From Azolla caroliniana (lineage: Eukaryota; Plantae; Polypodiophyta): a DNA stretch of 64,000 bases. The translations under genes and the position numbers were made by a program. The notes under the pieces are model-generated. The model saw only the letters and a program-made list of their open reading frames with translations. It made no database searches and was not told where the DNA came from. Below, piece after piece: positions 51,601 through 63,300 of the stretch. Numbering within the stretch: the stretch's first letter is position 1; every line of letters begins with the position of its first letter. The stretch covers positions 1,922,001-1,986,000 of the forward strand of contig JBHGNT010000011.1 in assembly GCA_043228905.1 (NCBI GenBank). The letters are read 5' to 3'.

Positions 51601-52072
51601 TCTCGTAAACTGGGGTCCGACGCCACCCCTCTGATTCGGAACTCGCTGCCCTCCGGCAAGGGTGCCGCGACTGGCCTTACCTTCCAGTCCACAGTCTTGT
51701 ACTTCGTGCTAACTCGGGCCGTCCGATCCAACCCGAGCCCCCGACTGAAGTTCGCGATGACTTCATACATCTCTTCGGAACATACCGGTATCGTCCGGTC
51801 TTCGTTAAGGTCTTCTCCGGCTACCTTCCTCAGCATTCCCAAGGTGTCGTCGAAGGAGACTGCCTCCATGGCTCCGCTGATTTCCTCGTCCGGGCCGAGA
51901 ACTCCGCACGCTCGAAGTGGCACTTCCGCCCTTGTCTTTTCTCGGCCGACGATGCCGACTATCATACACCCTCCGTTGTTGGAGAAGCAAAATTTCCTAC
52001 CTACCGTACAGTCGTGGGGTCCTTTCCGAGTGTCCGGGCTATCTCGGCCCCACGCCTTGGCAGCCCTCTCTA
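48689..52072 (-). pseudogene. pol: Element I ORF2: RT-RH-INT (-1 frame), with stops and small deletions
   Basis: PFLDDIP, VDTSP, YHDSPWAGHRG, WFGPY. Confidence 0.9.
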
Positions 52073-54196
52073 AAAATCCTCCCGGTTCTCGCCACCGAGG
52101 GATTCACGGTTTCTCTCGTGGTTCGGCCGCACCGTCAGAAATTGCACCGAATGGCGCCCGTCCTGGCTTTTGACCCTCGCGTAGGCCGAACTGTTCTCCA
52201 GCACCTTGGTCTCCATTCTCGCCGCCGTGATGTATGGTTCCCCTAATATGACTGGATGCGAGGACGTCTCCTGTACGAAGAAGTGTTGGTCAATCTCGAT
52301 GTCGCCGATCTTTACTCGCACATTCGGGCAGGCCCCGTGCAGTTCCTCGGTGGCGCGCGTCGCCGCCCGTATCTTCCACCCGTGCCTGGTGTTGATCGGC
52401 CACTTTCCCCTCTTATAGAAGTCCATGGACATTAGGTTTATTTCCGAACCGTGGTCCACCAACGCCACCACCGGTTCCTGAACATCTCCGATCTTTACCG
52501 GGGTCTCCGTGGTCGCTCGTGCCCAGTGTGGCCTCGAATAGTGGCTCTCCGCCCACTCATCTGCCAGCGCCGAGTCGTCGATGTGCGTCGTCCGCACCTC
52601 CACCAGTCTTTCCGGTTCCGTCTCCGTCGACAGCCTCTTCCGTTTCACCAAGTCTACAATGGAGTCATGGAACTCCTTCTTGGCGATCCCTAGCACCTCC
52701 CGCAATGACAGCTCCACTTTGCTGTCGAGGATCCGTTCTTCTAGGACCTTTCGTAGGTCCGTAGTCCTTTCTATTTCCGTCCCCAGTCGGTATCCGCCCT
52801 TCCTGGGGTTATCTTGCGAGCTGGACCCACCGGCATCGTTCCGTCGCTGCCCGAATCGGGTCTCGTACCGTTGTGAGGGCCCGGCCGCTCCGGCTTTCCC
52901 CACTCGTTTGTCTTCTACCAGAGCCTTGTAGTTCCGGCAGGCGGCTTCTACGAAGCTCGTCTTCTCCTCGACCGGGTCGCTCCACCCGGTTACTTCCCGG
53001 ACCCGTCTCTCAGCGCGGTCCGTTTCATCTTTGCTCAGTCGTGCGCCGGCGAGGCCTTCCAGCATTGCTGACCAGAAACCGTCTTTGCTCTCCTTTCGGG
53101 CCTCGCTGCCCCCGACCCGAATACCGGCCGACGCCGAGTAGTGGATGGCCTCCACATGTCGGGCCGCTGCCTCTTCCATCAGTCTCTTCATACCTCCTCG
53201 CCCGTCGTTTCGGTTCAGGGCCCTCCTGGTGTCGTCGGCGTGCACCCGGCCTTCCCACAGGTACACCACCCGGTTTCTCAACGCCTCTGCGAAATCGCCG
53301 CAGTCCTTCCGAATGTGGCCGATCTCGTCGCACCACATGCACCTGTTCCCCGCTGCCGGCCGTCGGTCACGAGCCGGTTCGCCGTCTTCCCTTCGAGTCT
53401 GGGTGATCTGGAGATCCTTTATCGCCCGCGTCAACTCCTCCAGCACTGCCCCTCCGGACGAGCCATTGACCATGCCGGTCGAAGCCGGACCCGTTTCGAG
53501 CCATTCCCGGGTTTCTTCCCTTCGCACTTGCGGTGCCGGTTCAAGCCTCCTTGCTGTGACAGAGCCCGCACCGGCTGCCCCGTTGTCAGCCCATTCTCGC
53601 CGTTTGTCGAAACGGCCACAGACTCTCTTAACCGCAGCCCAGTCGGTTGTCAGCCTGTCTTCGGTTTCCAGCAAGGAGCCGACTTGATCCCTGTCCCGCT
53701 CATCCACCGACTTGACGAACAATAGGACCCGGCTCGTATCCAGAACGGTTCGGTCAAGCGCCGAAAGGCGCGCAAAGCGTTCTTCGAACTCCCGGAGGAG
53801 TGCCGACGCGTTTCTTCCCTTGCCAGGGGACTCCACCCATTCCATGAAGTCCCGTTTCGAAAGCCGGAGCGCGTCGTCCAGCCCGTATTTTTCCAGGAGT
53901 CGGCCTTCGAACTCCTCCCAGGTACAGCTCTTCGCCCGCACCTCGAGCACCTCCGCATGGATGCTCAGCATCGCCACTCGAGGAAACCCGGCAAGACGCC
54001 TCTCTTCCGGAATGTCCCGCATCAGCATTTCTGCCCCGTAGGATGCCAAATACTTCGTGGCATCCTTTCCGCTGAACCGGCCGATCGTACTGACGACCGC
54101 CTGAATGGCTCTGTCGAGGGCGTCGGTGCCCTCGCGTGCACTCAATATCCGATCCACGGCCGAAGCCATGGCCTCCGCAAGATCCGACCCTTTCAT
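52070..54196 (-). CDS. gag: Element I ORF1: gag (CCHC) plus aspartic protease with a DHG triad, open frame
   Basis: ATG at 54196 just after the PBS; CMWCDEIGHIRKDC; ALVDHGSEINLM; VILGEPYI. Confidence 0.88.
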   Translation of the reverse strand: MKGSDLAEAMASAVDRILSAREGTDALDRAIQAVVSTIGRFSGKDATKYLASYGAEMLMRDIPEERRLAGFPRVAMLSIHAEVLEVRAKSCTWEEFEGRLLEKYGLDDALRLSKRDFMEWVESPGKGRNASALLREFEERFARLSALDRTVLDTSRVLLFVKSVDERDRDQVGSLLETEDRLTTDWAAVKRVCGRFDKRREWADNGAAGAGSVTARRLEPAPQVRREETREWLETGPASTGMVNGSSGGAVLEELTRAIKDLQITQTRREDGEPARDRRPAAGNRCMWCDEIGHIRKDCGDFAEALRNRVVYLWEGRVHADDTRRALNRNDGRGGMKRLMEEAAARHVEAIHYSASAGIRVGGSEARKESKDGFWSAMLEGLAGARLSKDETDRAERRVREVTGWSDPVEEKTSFVEAACRNYKALVEDKRVGKAGAAGPSQRYETRFGQRRNDAGGSSSQDNPRKGGYRLGTEIERTTDLRKVLEERILDSKVELSLREVLGIAKKEFHDSIVDLVKRKRLSTETEPERLVEVRTTHIDDSALADEWAESHYSRPHWARATTETPVKIGDVQEPVVALVDHGSEINLMSMDFYKRGKWPINTRHGWKIRAATRATEELHGACPNVRVKIGDIEIDQHFFVQETSSHPVILGEPYITAARMETKVLENSSAYARVKSQDGRHSVQFLTVRPNHERNRESLGGENREDF

Positions 54197-54218
54197 CTTC
54201 TGCTCTTCTGCCGCCTCC

Positions 54219-54236
54219 TTCACGTCGGGTTCACCA
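54219..54236 (-). promoter_or_regulatory. PBS complementary to tRNA-Trp
   Basis: The plus strand TTCACGTCGGGTTCACCA equals the 3' 18 nt of plant cytosolic tRNA-Trp as recalled; 4 nt from the LTR. Confidence 0.8.
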
Positions 54237-55015
54237 AAGATGTCGAGGTTTTCCTCGCGGATGCGTGGAATGAGGCGGGACCTCAGGGGTCCTGTACCGA
54301 AGAGCAAGAGAGAAAGGACAAGAGACCCACTACGTGCGAGCGTAGATTCACAGGGACACGGCCCTTCGACACAAAGACGCGAGTGGGACAGCGACACAGA
54401 GAGACACGAATGTATGTATGTATAAACAAAGACAACAACAAGAACACGGGAGCAACAAAAACACGAAGTCGGTTACAACCGAACAGGCCGGCGAACAGAT
54501 GCCGATGCCTGATCGTAAACGCACAGAAAGACAGGAGCAGGTTGGAGGTGCTGCCGGAAGCACTCGGGCATTCCTCAAAGCAGCGCGAGCCTCCCGAAAC
54601 CTGCACAGAAGGAAGCTATGGAGTTTGCGAACCAGAGAGAGAGAGAGAGAGAGAGAAGCCTTCGCACACAAACCGACAGCACTTCGTCCTCGGCTCTCTG
54701 CGATCCCATCCCCCTTCTCGTCTCCCTCCTTTTATAGGCAAGTAAGGAGCCGTTTCCCCCTTTCTTCCTACCCACTAAATCTACCTGCCTAGGATCTTCT
54801 ATGGACAACATTCGAGAAGAGCCGGTTCCTACGCTCCTGTGCACCAATTCCGCTTGTGGACGGTTTTCTTCACGACAGTGTATACCGATATTCCTGCGCG
54901 TTTCACCTTGTTTCCGCTTATGGCCTGGACTCTTCACGACATCCACCCCCACTAAACCCCACATCCTCCGGTATGTGCCTGATTGCGAATTTAGTGAGGG
55001 ATTCCGGGCCATCGG

Positions 55016-58000
55016 TTACTCGTTATTCTCTTTTGAACTGGAGCTTTCGGCTCCCGGGTTGGGTTCTGCTTCATTCCGTCTCTTGAAGGCTTTTATCCGC
55101 TTTCCAGCCACTGGAGTTGCTACTCGCGTCCCGTCAAGCTTTGCGAGATGATACGTCGCGTTGTCGTTGACGTTATTTACCATGTACGGTCCGAACCAAC
55201 GCTTCGCAAACTTACATGTGGACCTATGCTGGTTGTCGACGCTGCTGTCATAGACTAACACCCAATCACCTTTCTCGATCTTCCCTGGCCGGAGTCGGTG
55301 TGTTTAGTCGAACCGGGCTTTGTTTCGGATCCGCGCCTCTTTCACCCTCGCCGTGGCTCGTTCCACGTCTTCCGGTCTTCGCTCAAGTTGTCGGATTCGT
55401 GCCGCTAGTAGCTCTTCTCTGCTCATTTCGTTAGACCAATCGATTGCCGTCCACGAGGCGATCGTTCTCTCAAAGGGCATGATGGGTTTCTGTCCGTACA
55501 TTAGTTCCGCCGGCATGTACCCTGTCACCGAACTGTGGGTGGTTCGGTCCGCCCCTAACACGTATGGGAGCATCCTCGGCCAGCTGTCGACTCGACCTCC
55601 GCACGCGCGTACAATGGCTTTTACGATCGGACCATGGCTCCATTCAATCTTTCCGTTTGCGTTCGGGTTGTACGCCGTTGTGAGGGATAGTTTCACGCCT
55701 AACCGATCGAACAGTTCCTTGGCCTCTTCCACGTCTTGCTCTCCTTGGTCAGCCACGATTTTTCCCACGCACCCGTATCGGCATATGACATCCTTGATCA
55801 GAAACTTACATATTGACGCGGTGGTCTTGTTCGTTAGTGCTCGTCCCTCTACCTGGTTGGTTAGGTCCTCTCTAGCTAGCACTAGGTATCGCTTCTGCCC
55901 TTCGCCCATCGGCATCGTCACTAAGTCCACCATCCACTTGAAGTGCACGGTCGGGGAATAAGTCGGGTGTAGTTCGTCGCTATGCCGAACCACCGAGTGC
56001 ATCTGGCAGCTTTTGCACGTAGACACGAAGTCGTGCATGCTCTTGTACATGCCTGTCCACTAGTATTTTTCCTTTAACTTCTCGAATGTAGCCCACGTAC
56101 CCCGGTGTCTAGACCAAGGGCTCTCGTGGAACTCCAACATTAGCTTCTGTTGGTCATCCGCCCGCGTTATTACCCGGAGCGGCACGTCGTTTCGCCTTTT
56201 GGGGACCCTCCAGATTTTCCCGTTCCGTAGGAAATATCGGTATGCCCTCTTCCGGAGTTGTCCGACCTCCTTAGTCATCGTGGCGTCCGTCGTCATTTTC
56301 TTCAGAAATCTCCCGATTAGGAGCCACTCCCCGTTGTAGCCGTCTTTGTCGAACTCATTCACGGGTGGGATGCTTTGCTCTTTTATCCTCATCCTTGCCG
56401 ATTTGAAGAAGTCTGCGCCAACTTCTTCGTTCTCTGATACCATGCCATCCTCGTCCTCGAATCTTGCTCTGGAAAGCATGTCGGCCATTGCGTTGTCTTT
56501 ACCCGAGATGTGTCGTATCTCCGGGTTCAGGGACTTGATGTACACAATCCACCTAAGCATGGCCAGGTCGAGAGTCGCGCATCCAGAGACCATACCAAGA
56601 ATTGGCAGGCAATCCGTTTCTATAATTACTTCCACCCCGATTAAGTAGTCTTTGTGGACCTTAACCGCCGAAACGATACCCCACAGTTCGCACTTGACTT
56701 GGGCATATCCTCGCCGTCATTCACTTAGTACATTCGCACCGAACCGGATAGGGAAGCGCGTGCCGTCTTCATCCTCTTGATTTAAGACCCATCCGATCCC
56801 AGTCAGGCTGGTGTCCAATGTGATGTAGACTGGAGTACTCGGTGCGTATTCCGCTTTGCGTAAAGTTGGTGCCACAGCAAGCGCCCGCTTTAGCTTCCGT
56901 ACCGCCTCCGTATGTTCCTTCGTCCATGCTCTTCTTCTGCTCTTCTTTAGCAGGTCGTAGAGTGGTTCTGCGACGTGTGCGCAATGAGGGATCCATATCT
57001 GGTAGAAGGCGCATGCTCCTAAGAATTGCCGGACCTCAGTGACGGATCCGCACTCGTCCTTCATTGCCGATATGGCCTCTACCTTGGTCGGCGATGGCTT
57101 CCAGCCGTACAACCCACATAGGTGGCCAACCACTAATATCTCTTGTTGCCCGAAGGCCGACTTCTCTCCCGAAAAGGTAAGCCGCTCGCCTTCGAGCCTC
57201 TGTAGTATCTTTTCGTAGTCGACAATGTGGTCCGTGACAAACCTTCGGCACCCGTCCGCGCCGATCGACTCATCCTTGGTGTCCTCCGGACACCCCTTGA
57301 TAGGGATGTCGTCCAAGAAAGGCATGGTGATGTCCAGAATGCAGTCCCTCAGAACTCTGTTCATACCATTCACCATGTGTGCAACCGAGTTGGTTCCTCC
57401 TTGTGGTAAGGTGCACATCCGAACTAGACCAAGAGGGGTTCACATTGTCGTGATGTCCATGCTTTCCACGGCCAACTGGAATTGGTCGTATCCTAAGTAA
57501 AGGTCTCCGACCGAGTATATGGACCTTCCAGCGAAGGCTTCCGCAAACTCATCGATCAATGGTCGCTTTGTTGACCGGTTGTAAGTCCTGGATGAACCGC
57601 AGCGTACCGTTCTTCTTCGGTACCGTAAACCACCGGTTAGAATAGGGGGCACTCGATGGTTCGAGGATGCCCAACTCTACTTTCTATATAAGGAGCTCCA
57701 TCAGCATCGGCATGTGAGCCCTCGGTACTTGGATGGGCCTGAGGCTCCATTGTACGTACAACACCGTAAAGATTACCATTGGCTCGACGATGGTTGGGTC
57801 GATGCACCCGATTTCTCCTCGTGAGAATGCGAAGGCCTTCCCGTGCCTTTTGAGCATCCTTCTGAACCGCTCCTCTTCCGCCGGCAGTAAGAAGCCACCC
57901 CCACTAATCTTCAGCTCTCGTAGCATTTTGTCAGTGAAGCGGTGCCCTATGCGGGTCAGATCCCGCAAGCTGGGGTCGGTAACGACCCCCTTTATTCGTT

Positions 58001-60356
58001 CCCAGCTGCCCTCCGGCAAGGGAGCCGTGACGGGCTTCACCTTCCGGTCCACAATCTTGTATATCATGTCTACTCGGACGATCTGATGTGCCCGGGTTCC
58101 TCTTTTACAGTCCGCAATGACTTCATACATGTCGATCGAGTTGACCGGTCTGACTCGGTCTTCGTTTAGACCTCCTTCGACTACCTTCCCGATTTCACCC
58201 AAGGTGTCATCGAACGAGACCGCCTCCACGGCTTCCCCAATTCCTTCATCGCGGCTCAAGGCTCCGCACGTCTTTAAGCGTATCTCAACCCGTTTTCTTT
58301 CTCGGCCACCGATGCTGACTATGGTACATCCTCCGTTGTTGGAGAACAAAACTTTCCTATCTATTTTACAGGTGTGGGGAGCTTTCCGGTAATTCGGACT
58401 ATTGCGGCCCCACACCTTGATAGCCCTTTTTAAAAATCCGGCTTGTTATCATTTCCGAGGGTGCCCCGATTTCGTTTGTGGTTCTTTTGAACGGTCAAAA
58501 ATTGCACGGAGTGACGGCCGTCCTGACTTTTTACCCTCGCGTAGGCTGAACCATTGTCCAACACTTTCGTTTCCATTCTAGCCGCCGTGATGTATGGTTC
58601 CCCAAGGATGACCGGGTGAGAGGATGTCTCTTGCACAAAAAAGTGTTGGTTTATGTCGACATCCCCGACGCTCACCCTGACGTTCGGGCAAGCCCCGTGT
58701 AACTCTTCCGTGGCTCTTGTAGCCACGCGTATCTTCCACCCATGTTTGGTATTGATCGGCCAATTCCCCTTTTTGTAGAAGTCCATGGACATCAGGTTAA
58801 TTTCCGACCCGTGGTTGATTAACGCCACCACCGGCTCCTTGACATTCCCGATACGAACCGGGGTTTCTGTAGTAGCTCTTGCCCAGTGTGGTTTGGCGTA
58901 GTGGCTCTCCACGAGCTCGTCATCCACGGCTATCTCATCGAGGAATGCCGCCCTTACCTCCACCGGCTTTTTGGGTTCTGGTTCCGTTGCGAGACACTTC
59001 CTCTTCATGAGGTCCATGATGTTGTCGTGGAACTCCCTTCTTGCTATGCCGAGCACTTCTCTAAGCGTGAGTTCTATGCGATTGTCGAGAACTCGCTCCT
59101 CTAGAACCTTTTGTAGGTTCGTTGTTTTCTCTATCTCTGAGCTTAAGCGGGAGCTTGGAATCCTGCCCTGCTCCTTCTCCTGGGATCCGGTCAGAGTGGC
59201 ATCGTGCTTTTTGGTTGCGCTTCGTGTGTCCTGCCTCCCCGATGGGCCCGCTCCCCGAAATTTTCCCGCTAGCCTTTCGTCGATCAGGGCTTCGTAGTTT
59301 CTGCACGCGGCCTCCACAAAGCCCGTGCTTTCTTCAACGGGGTCGCTCCACCTAGTAACTTTGCAAACACGTTCTTCTGTGTGTTCCGCTTCCTCCTTCT
59401 ACAGCCTTCCTTCGGACAAGGTTTCAAGAACGACCGGCCAGAACCCAGATTTGGAATCGGGTTTGGTCGTCTTCTCCCCTACACGTATGCCGGCCGAAGG
59501 CGAATAGTGGATGGCTTCGACGTGCCGGGCCGCAACTTCTTCCATTAGCCTCTTCATGCCACCTCGTCCGAAATTCGTGTCGAGCAATCTTCACGTGTCG
59601 CTCGCATGTACCATGCCGTTCGAAAGGTAGACTACATTACTCCTGAGCGCTTCTCCGAAGTCAGCGCATTCTCTCTGAGCATGTTCGGTTGCATCGCACC
59701 ATACGCACCTCTGATTGGCCAGTGGTCGCCGGTCGCGCGGCTGACCTTCGTCGCTTCGTTGGGCCTGCGCGATCTGGAGGTCACGCACCATCCTTGTTAG
59801 TTCTTCTAGTCTGGCGCCACCTGCAGGTCCCGCAACTATGTTCGTCGGGGGTGGGCCTAGCTCGAGCCACCTCCTCGTTTCTTTCATTCAGGTCGGCGTT
59901 GGTTTGGCCCTGATTTCGACAGCCGGTCCGACCGACGAGGACCCCTTTTCTTTCCAGTCCCGGCGTTTGTCAATCCTGCTGCATACTTCCTTGATGGTCG
60001 CCCAGTCAGTCGTGAGGCCTCGGTTGGTTTCCAGAAGAAGACCCACGCTTTCCCGAATGCGTGAGTCAAACGAAGTGACAAAAAATAGAACCTTGCTCGT
60101 TTTGAGCACGGTTCGGTCCAACCTGGAGAGTTGTGCGAACCGTGACTCGAACTCCTGGAGGAGCGCAGAAGCGTTCTGACCCTTGTTGGGGCTGTTGACC
60201 CAGTCCATAAAATCCCTTCTCGATAGCCGGAGTGAATCATCATAGTTGTACCTCTCAAGAACTTCCTCTGCGAACTCCGCCCAATCGTGACAACCTGCTT
60301 GTATCTCGACCATCTCTGTATGGATGTGTGGTGTTACGATCCGGGGAAACCCCGCT
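55016..60356 (-). pseudogene. Element J gag-PR and pol, degenerate
   Basis: Collinear with D and I; many premature stops. Confidence 0.88.
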
Positions 60357-63300
60357 TGTTGGAGAGAAAGGTCGTCAGTGCGGAAGATCAAATAGCATTC
60401 GATTGGGGTTGATACCTGCGTATGACAGTTTCTGAGATCGTGCAGAGAGAGAGAGAGAGAGAGAGACACAAAGGAGTCTTTCTATTCAATAGAAACAATA
60501 ATACAACCAACAATACAAACAACCCCCTCAAAGAGGTTACAATGTCACTTTATATAGTGACCGACTTAGGGCAACTACCATTTATGTTAATTGCACAAAT
60601 GGCCCAAACTTAAGCTATACAAAGGGATAGTGTGAATACGTCCATTATACACTTGTATTCGACACTCCCCCGTAATGGGCGTATACATGGGTTATCTAAG
60701 ATTACAGGTATAAACCTAGGTTCTCGGACATATCAGTTTTTGTTCGAGTCGGCAGGGTCCAAAGGCAGAAGACCGAACTGGTCGGGTCGGAAGAGTTGAA
60801 GCCGATCATTAAGGAACTGATGTCGGTTGTCCGAAACCATCCTGCGCTGTGTCCGGCTCTAACCGGACTGGTTTGTCGTTACGCCCATCTGATGCCGAAG
60901 GGACCGAAAGCGGTCTGCCGAAAGACACTTGGTCATTCCATCTGCAACATTGTCGGTTGTAGATATTTTCTCTAGACCGATTTCCCCTGAAATGACGCAG
61001 TCCCGAACGAAGTGATATCGAACGTCGATATGTTTGGAGGCGTTGTGGTGAACCGGATTTTTCGACAAGGCAACAGCACCTTGACTGTCGCTATAGACAA
61101 CTGGGGCCGAGTCATGGTCGACTTGTCGAAACGTGTGCGCCAGTCGACCGAGCCACAAAGCTTCTTTTGCAGCGTCGGACGCAGCTACATATTCTGCTTC
61201 GGTCATTGAGGTCGCTGTGCACTCCTGAAGTTTCGACTTCCACGAAATTGCTCCATTGCCGAATTTGAAGCAGTATCCAGTTGTTGATTTCCGACTGTCT
61301 ATACAGCCGGCGAAGTCCGAGTCGGTGTAACCGACTACGCCTGAGGTTGAGTTCGGACCGAAGAGAATGCCGTGGTCTTTTGTGCCAGCCAGATATTTGA
61401 ACACATGCTTGACTGCGTTCCAATGCGATCGGCCAAGATTGTGCATAAATCTGCTAACGACTCCTACGGCATGAGAAATATCAGGCCGTGTCGCGACCAT
61501 CAGGTACATGAGGGAGCCGACTACCGGTGCATACGGTACCGACTTCATATCTTCCCCCTCCGGACCGGATGTCGGGCAGTCTCGCTGAGAGAGCCGAAGA
61601 TTCATGGGGAGCGGGGTTGAAGCAGATTTGGCTGATTGCATGTTGAAGCGTTCCAAGACACGTCCGATATAGTCGGTCTGAGACAAAAAAAGATGTCGTT
61701 TATCGCGACGCCGACTAATCTTCATGCCGAGTATGTGTCGTGCCGGACCGAGGTCCTTCATGGCAAACTTCAATCGCAATTGCCGAATGAGATCGGCAAG
61801 TTCGCCCGCGTGGCGTCCAGAAATTAGCATGTCGTCCACGTAAATGATGAGGAAGATGGGTGATCCATCTTGAGCTGTGTTGGTAAAAAGACAATGGTCC
61901 TCATCGCTTTTTGAGAAGCCGATCGATTGGATGAAGTCGTCGAACTTCTTGTACCATTGTCGCGGTGCCTGTTTGAGGCCGTATAGACTCTTCCTGAGTC
62001 GGCAGACTAGATGTTCTTGGCCAGTTGCCACGAAGCCTTTTGGCTGCTCCATATAAATTTCCTCTTCAAGATCACCATGGAGGAAGGCTGTTTTGACATC
62101 TAGCTGAATCAGCTCCAAGTTGTCGGCTGCCACTACGCCGAGTAGAAAACGAAGGGTTGTCATTTTCACCACTGGTGAAAAAATCTCGTCGAAGTCGACG
62201 CCATATTCTTGTCGGAAGCCCTTCGCAAATAATCTGGCCTTGTACTTTGGGGTGGTCGAATCAGACGTCTCTTTTAGTCGATAGACCCACTTGCAAGGAA
62301 GAGCACGTCGATTCTTAGGTAATTCGACCAGATCCCAAGTCTTGTTTGCCCGAATGGAGTGCATTTCCGACTCCATCGCCAGATGCCAGGTGGCTGAATC
62401 GACAGATGTCGATGCTTCTTCGTAAGACGTCGGTTCGCCGGCGTCGGTGAAGAAAATTCCAGGAGAATACCTCTCCGGAGGTTGCGACAGTCTTTCGGAT
62501 CGTCGAGGTATGATTGGACTGGTCGTATCGGGTATCGAGGTCGGATGGTCCGAAAGCGAATTATTCTGCTGTGCCGAGTCAGAGTTATCCGAGTCGGTGG
62601 TGTAAGGTTCAACTACCCGTGAAGCTGACCGTGTGTTAAGAGCGGGGCCTTCTTGAAGGGTCGGCACATCGGAAAATGTTACCCTTCGGACTTCGATCGG
62701 TTTTTCGACTGATGGATTCATAGCCGACTCGTTGAACACAACGTCCGAACTTCGAACGATTTGTCTGCGTTCGGGGTCCCAGAGTCGGTATCCCATTTCG
62801 TCGTCTGATCCATATCCAAGGAAAATGCATTTCCTGGACCGAGGTGCAAGTTTTCGGCGATCATCTTTCGGAATAAGGGCGTATGCCTCGCATCCGAAGA
62901 TCCTCAGCTTGTCGTAATTCGGCTTACTGCCGATCCATAGTTCCTGAGGAATTTGAAGTCCTAGAGGTCTGCTTGGCGACATATTGATTATGTGTACTGC
63001 CGTGAGTAGAGCCTCTGCCCAGAAGCCATCCGACAGTCCGGAGTGTTGGAGCATCGAAACTATCCGTTCTTGGATTGTCCAATTCATGCGTTCTGCAATC
63101 CCGTTTTGCTCCGGACTGTGTGGTGCCGTAAATTCACGTCGGATGCCGCGTTGTCGGCAGAATTTGACGAATTCTTCTGATTTGAACTCTCCCCCATTGT
63201 CGGTCCGAAAGCATTTCAGTTTTCGGTCAGTTTGATTTTCTACCATAGCGAGCCAATCGGAGAAGATCGAGAAGACACGATCTTTGGTGCGAATTGGATA

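Larger units (their letters stand above)
47977..54877 (-). mobile_element. Element I: Phygy-like Gypsy, full-length
   Basis: LTRs 47977-48615 and 54241-54877; TSD GCGT/GTGT; PBS 54219-54236; PPT at about 48616-48627. Confidence 0.93.
47323..60356 (-). mobile_element. Element J: Phygy-like; 3' LTR split by I (47323-47976 and 54878-54941); gag interrupted by Copia L
   Basis: LTR homologous to D; PPT at about 54942-54950; pol 55016-58431 and gag-PR 58430-60356 fragments. Confidence 0.85.

Noticed and set aside
54219-54236. Possible tRNA-Trp gene
   Set aside because: Only the 3' 18 nt including CCA are present, next to an LTR; this is a PBS with no cloverleaf.
54197-54397. N-terminal 67 aa of the listed 775-aa ORF
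   Set aside because: Lies in the LTR/PBS with a non-ATG start; homology with D places the start at ATG 54196.
51379-56050. Many long antisense ORFs (for example 51379-52173, 53957-54745, 55320-55961)
   Set aside because: Shadow frames of GC-rich gag/pol or LTR sequence, with no recognisable domains.
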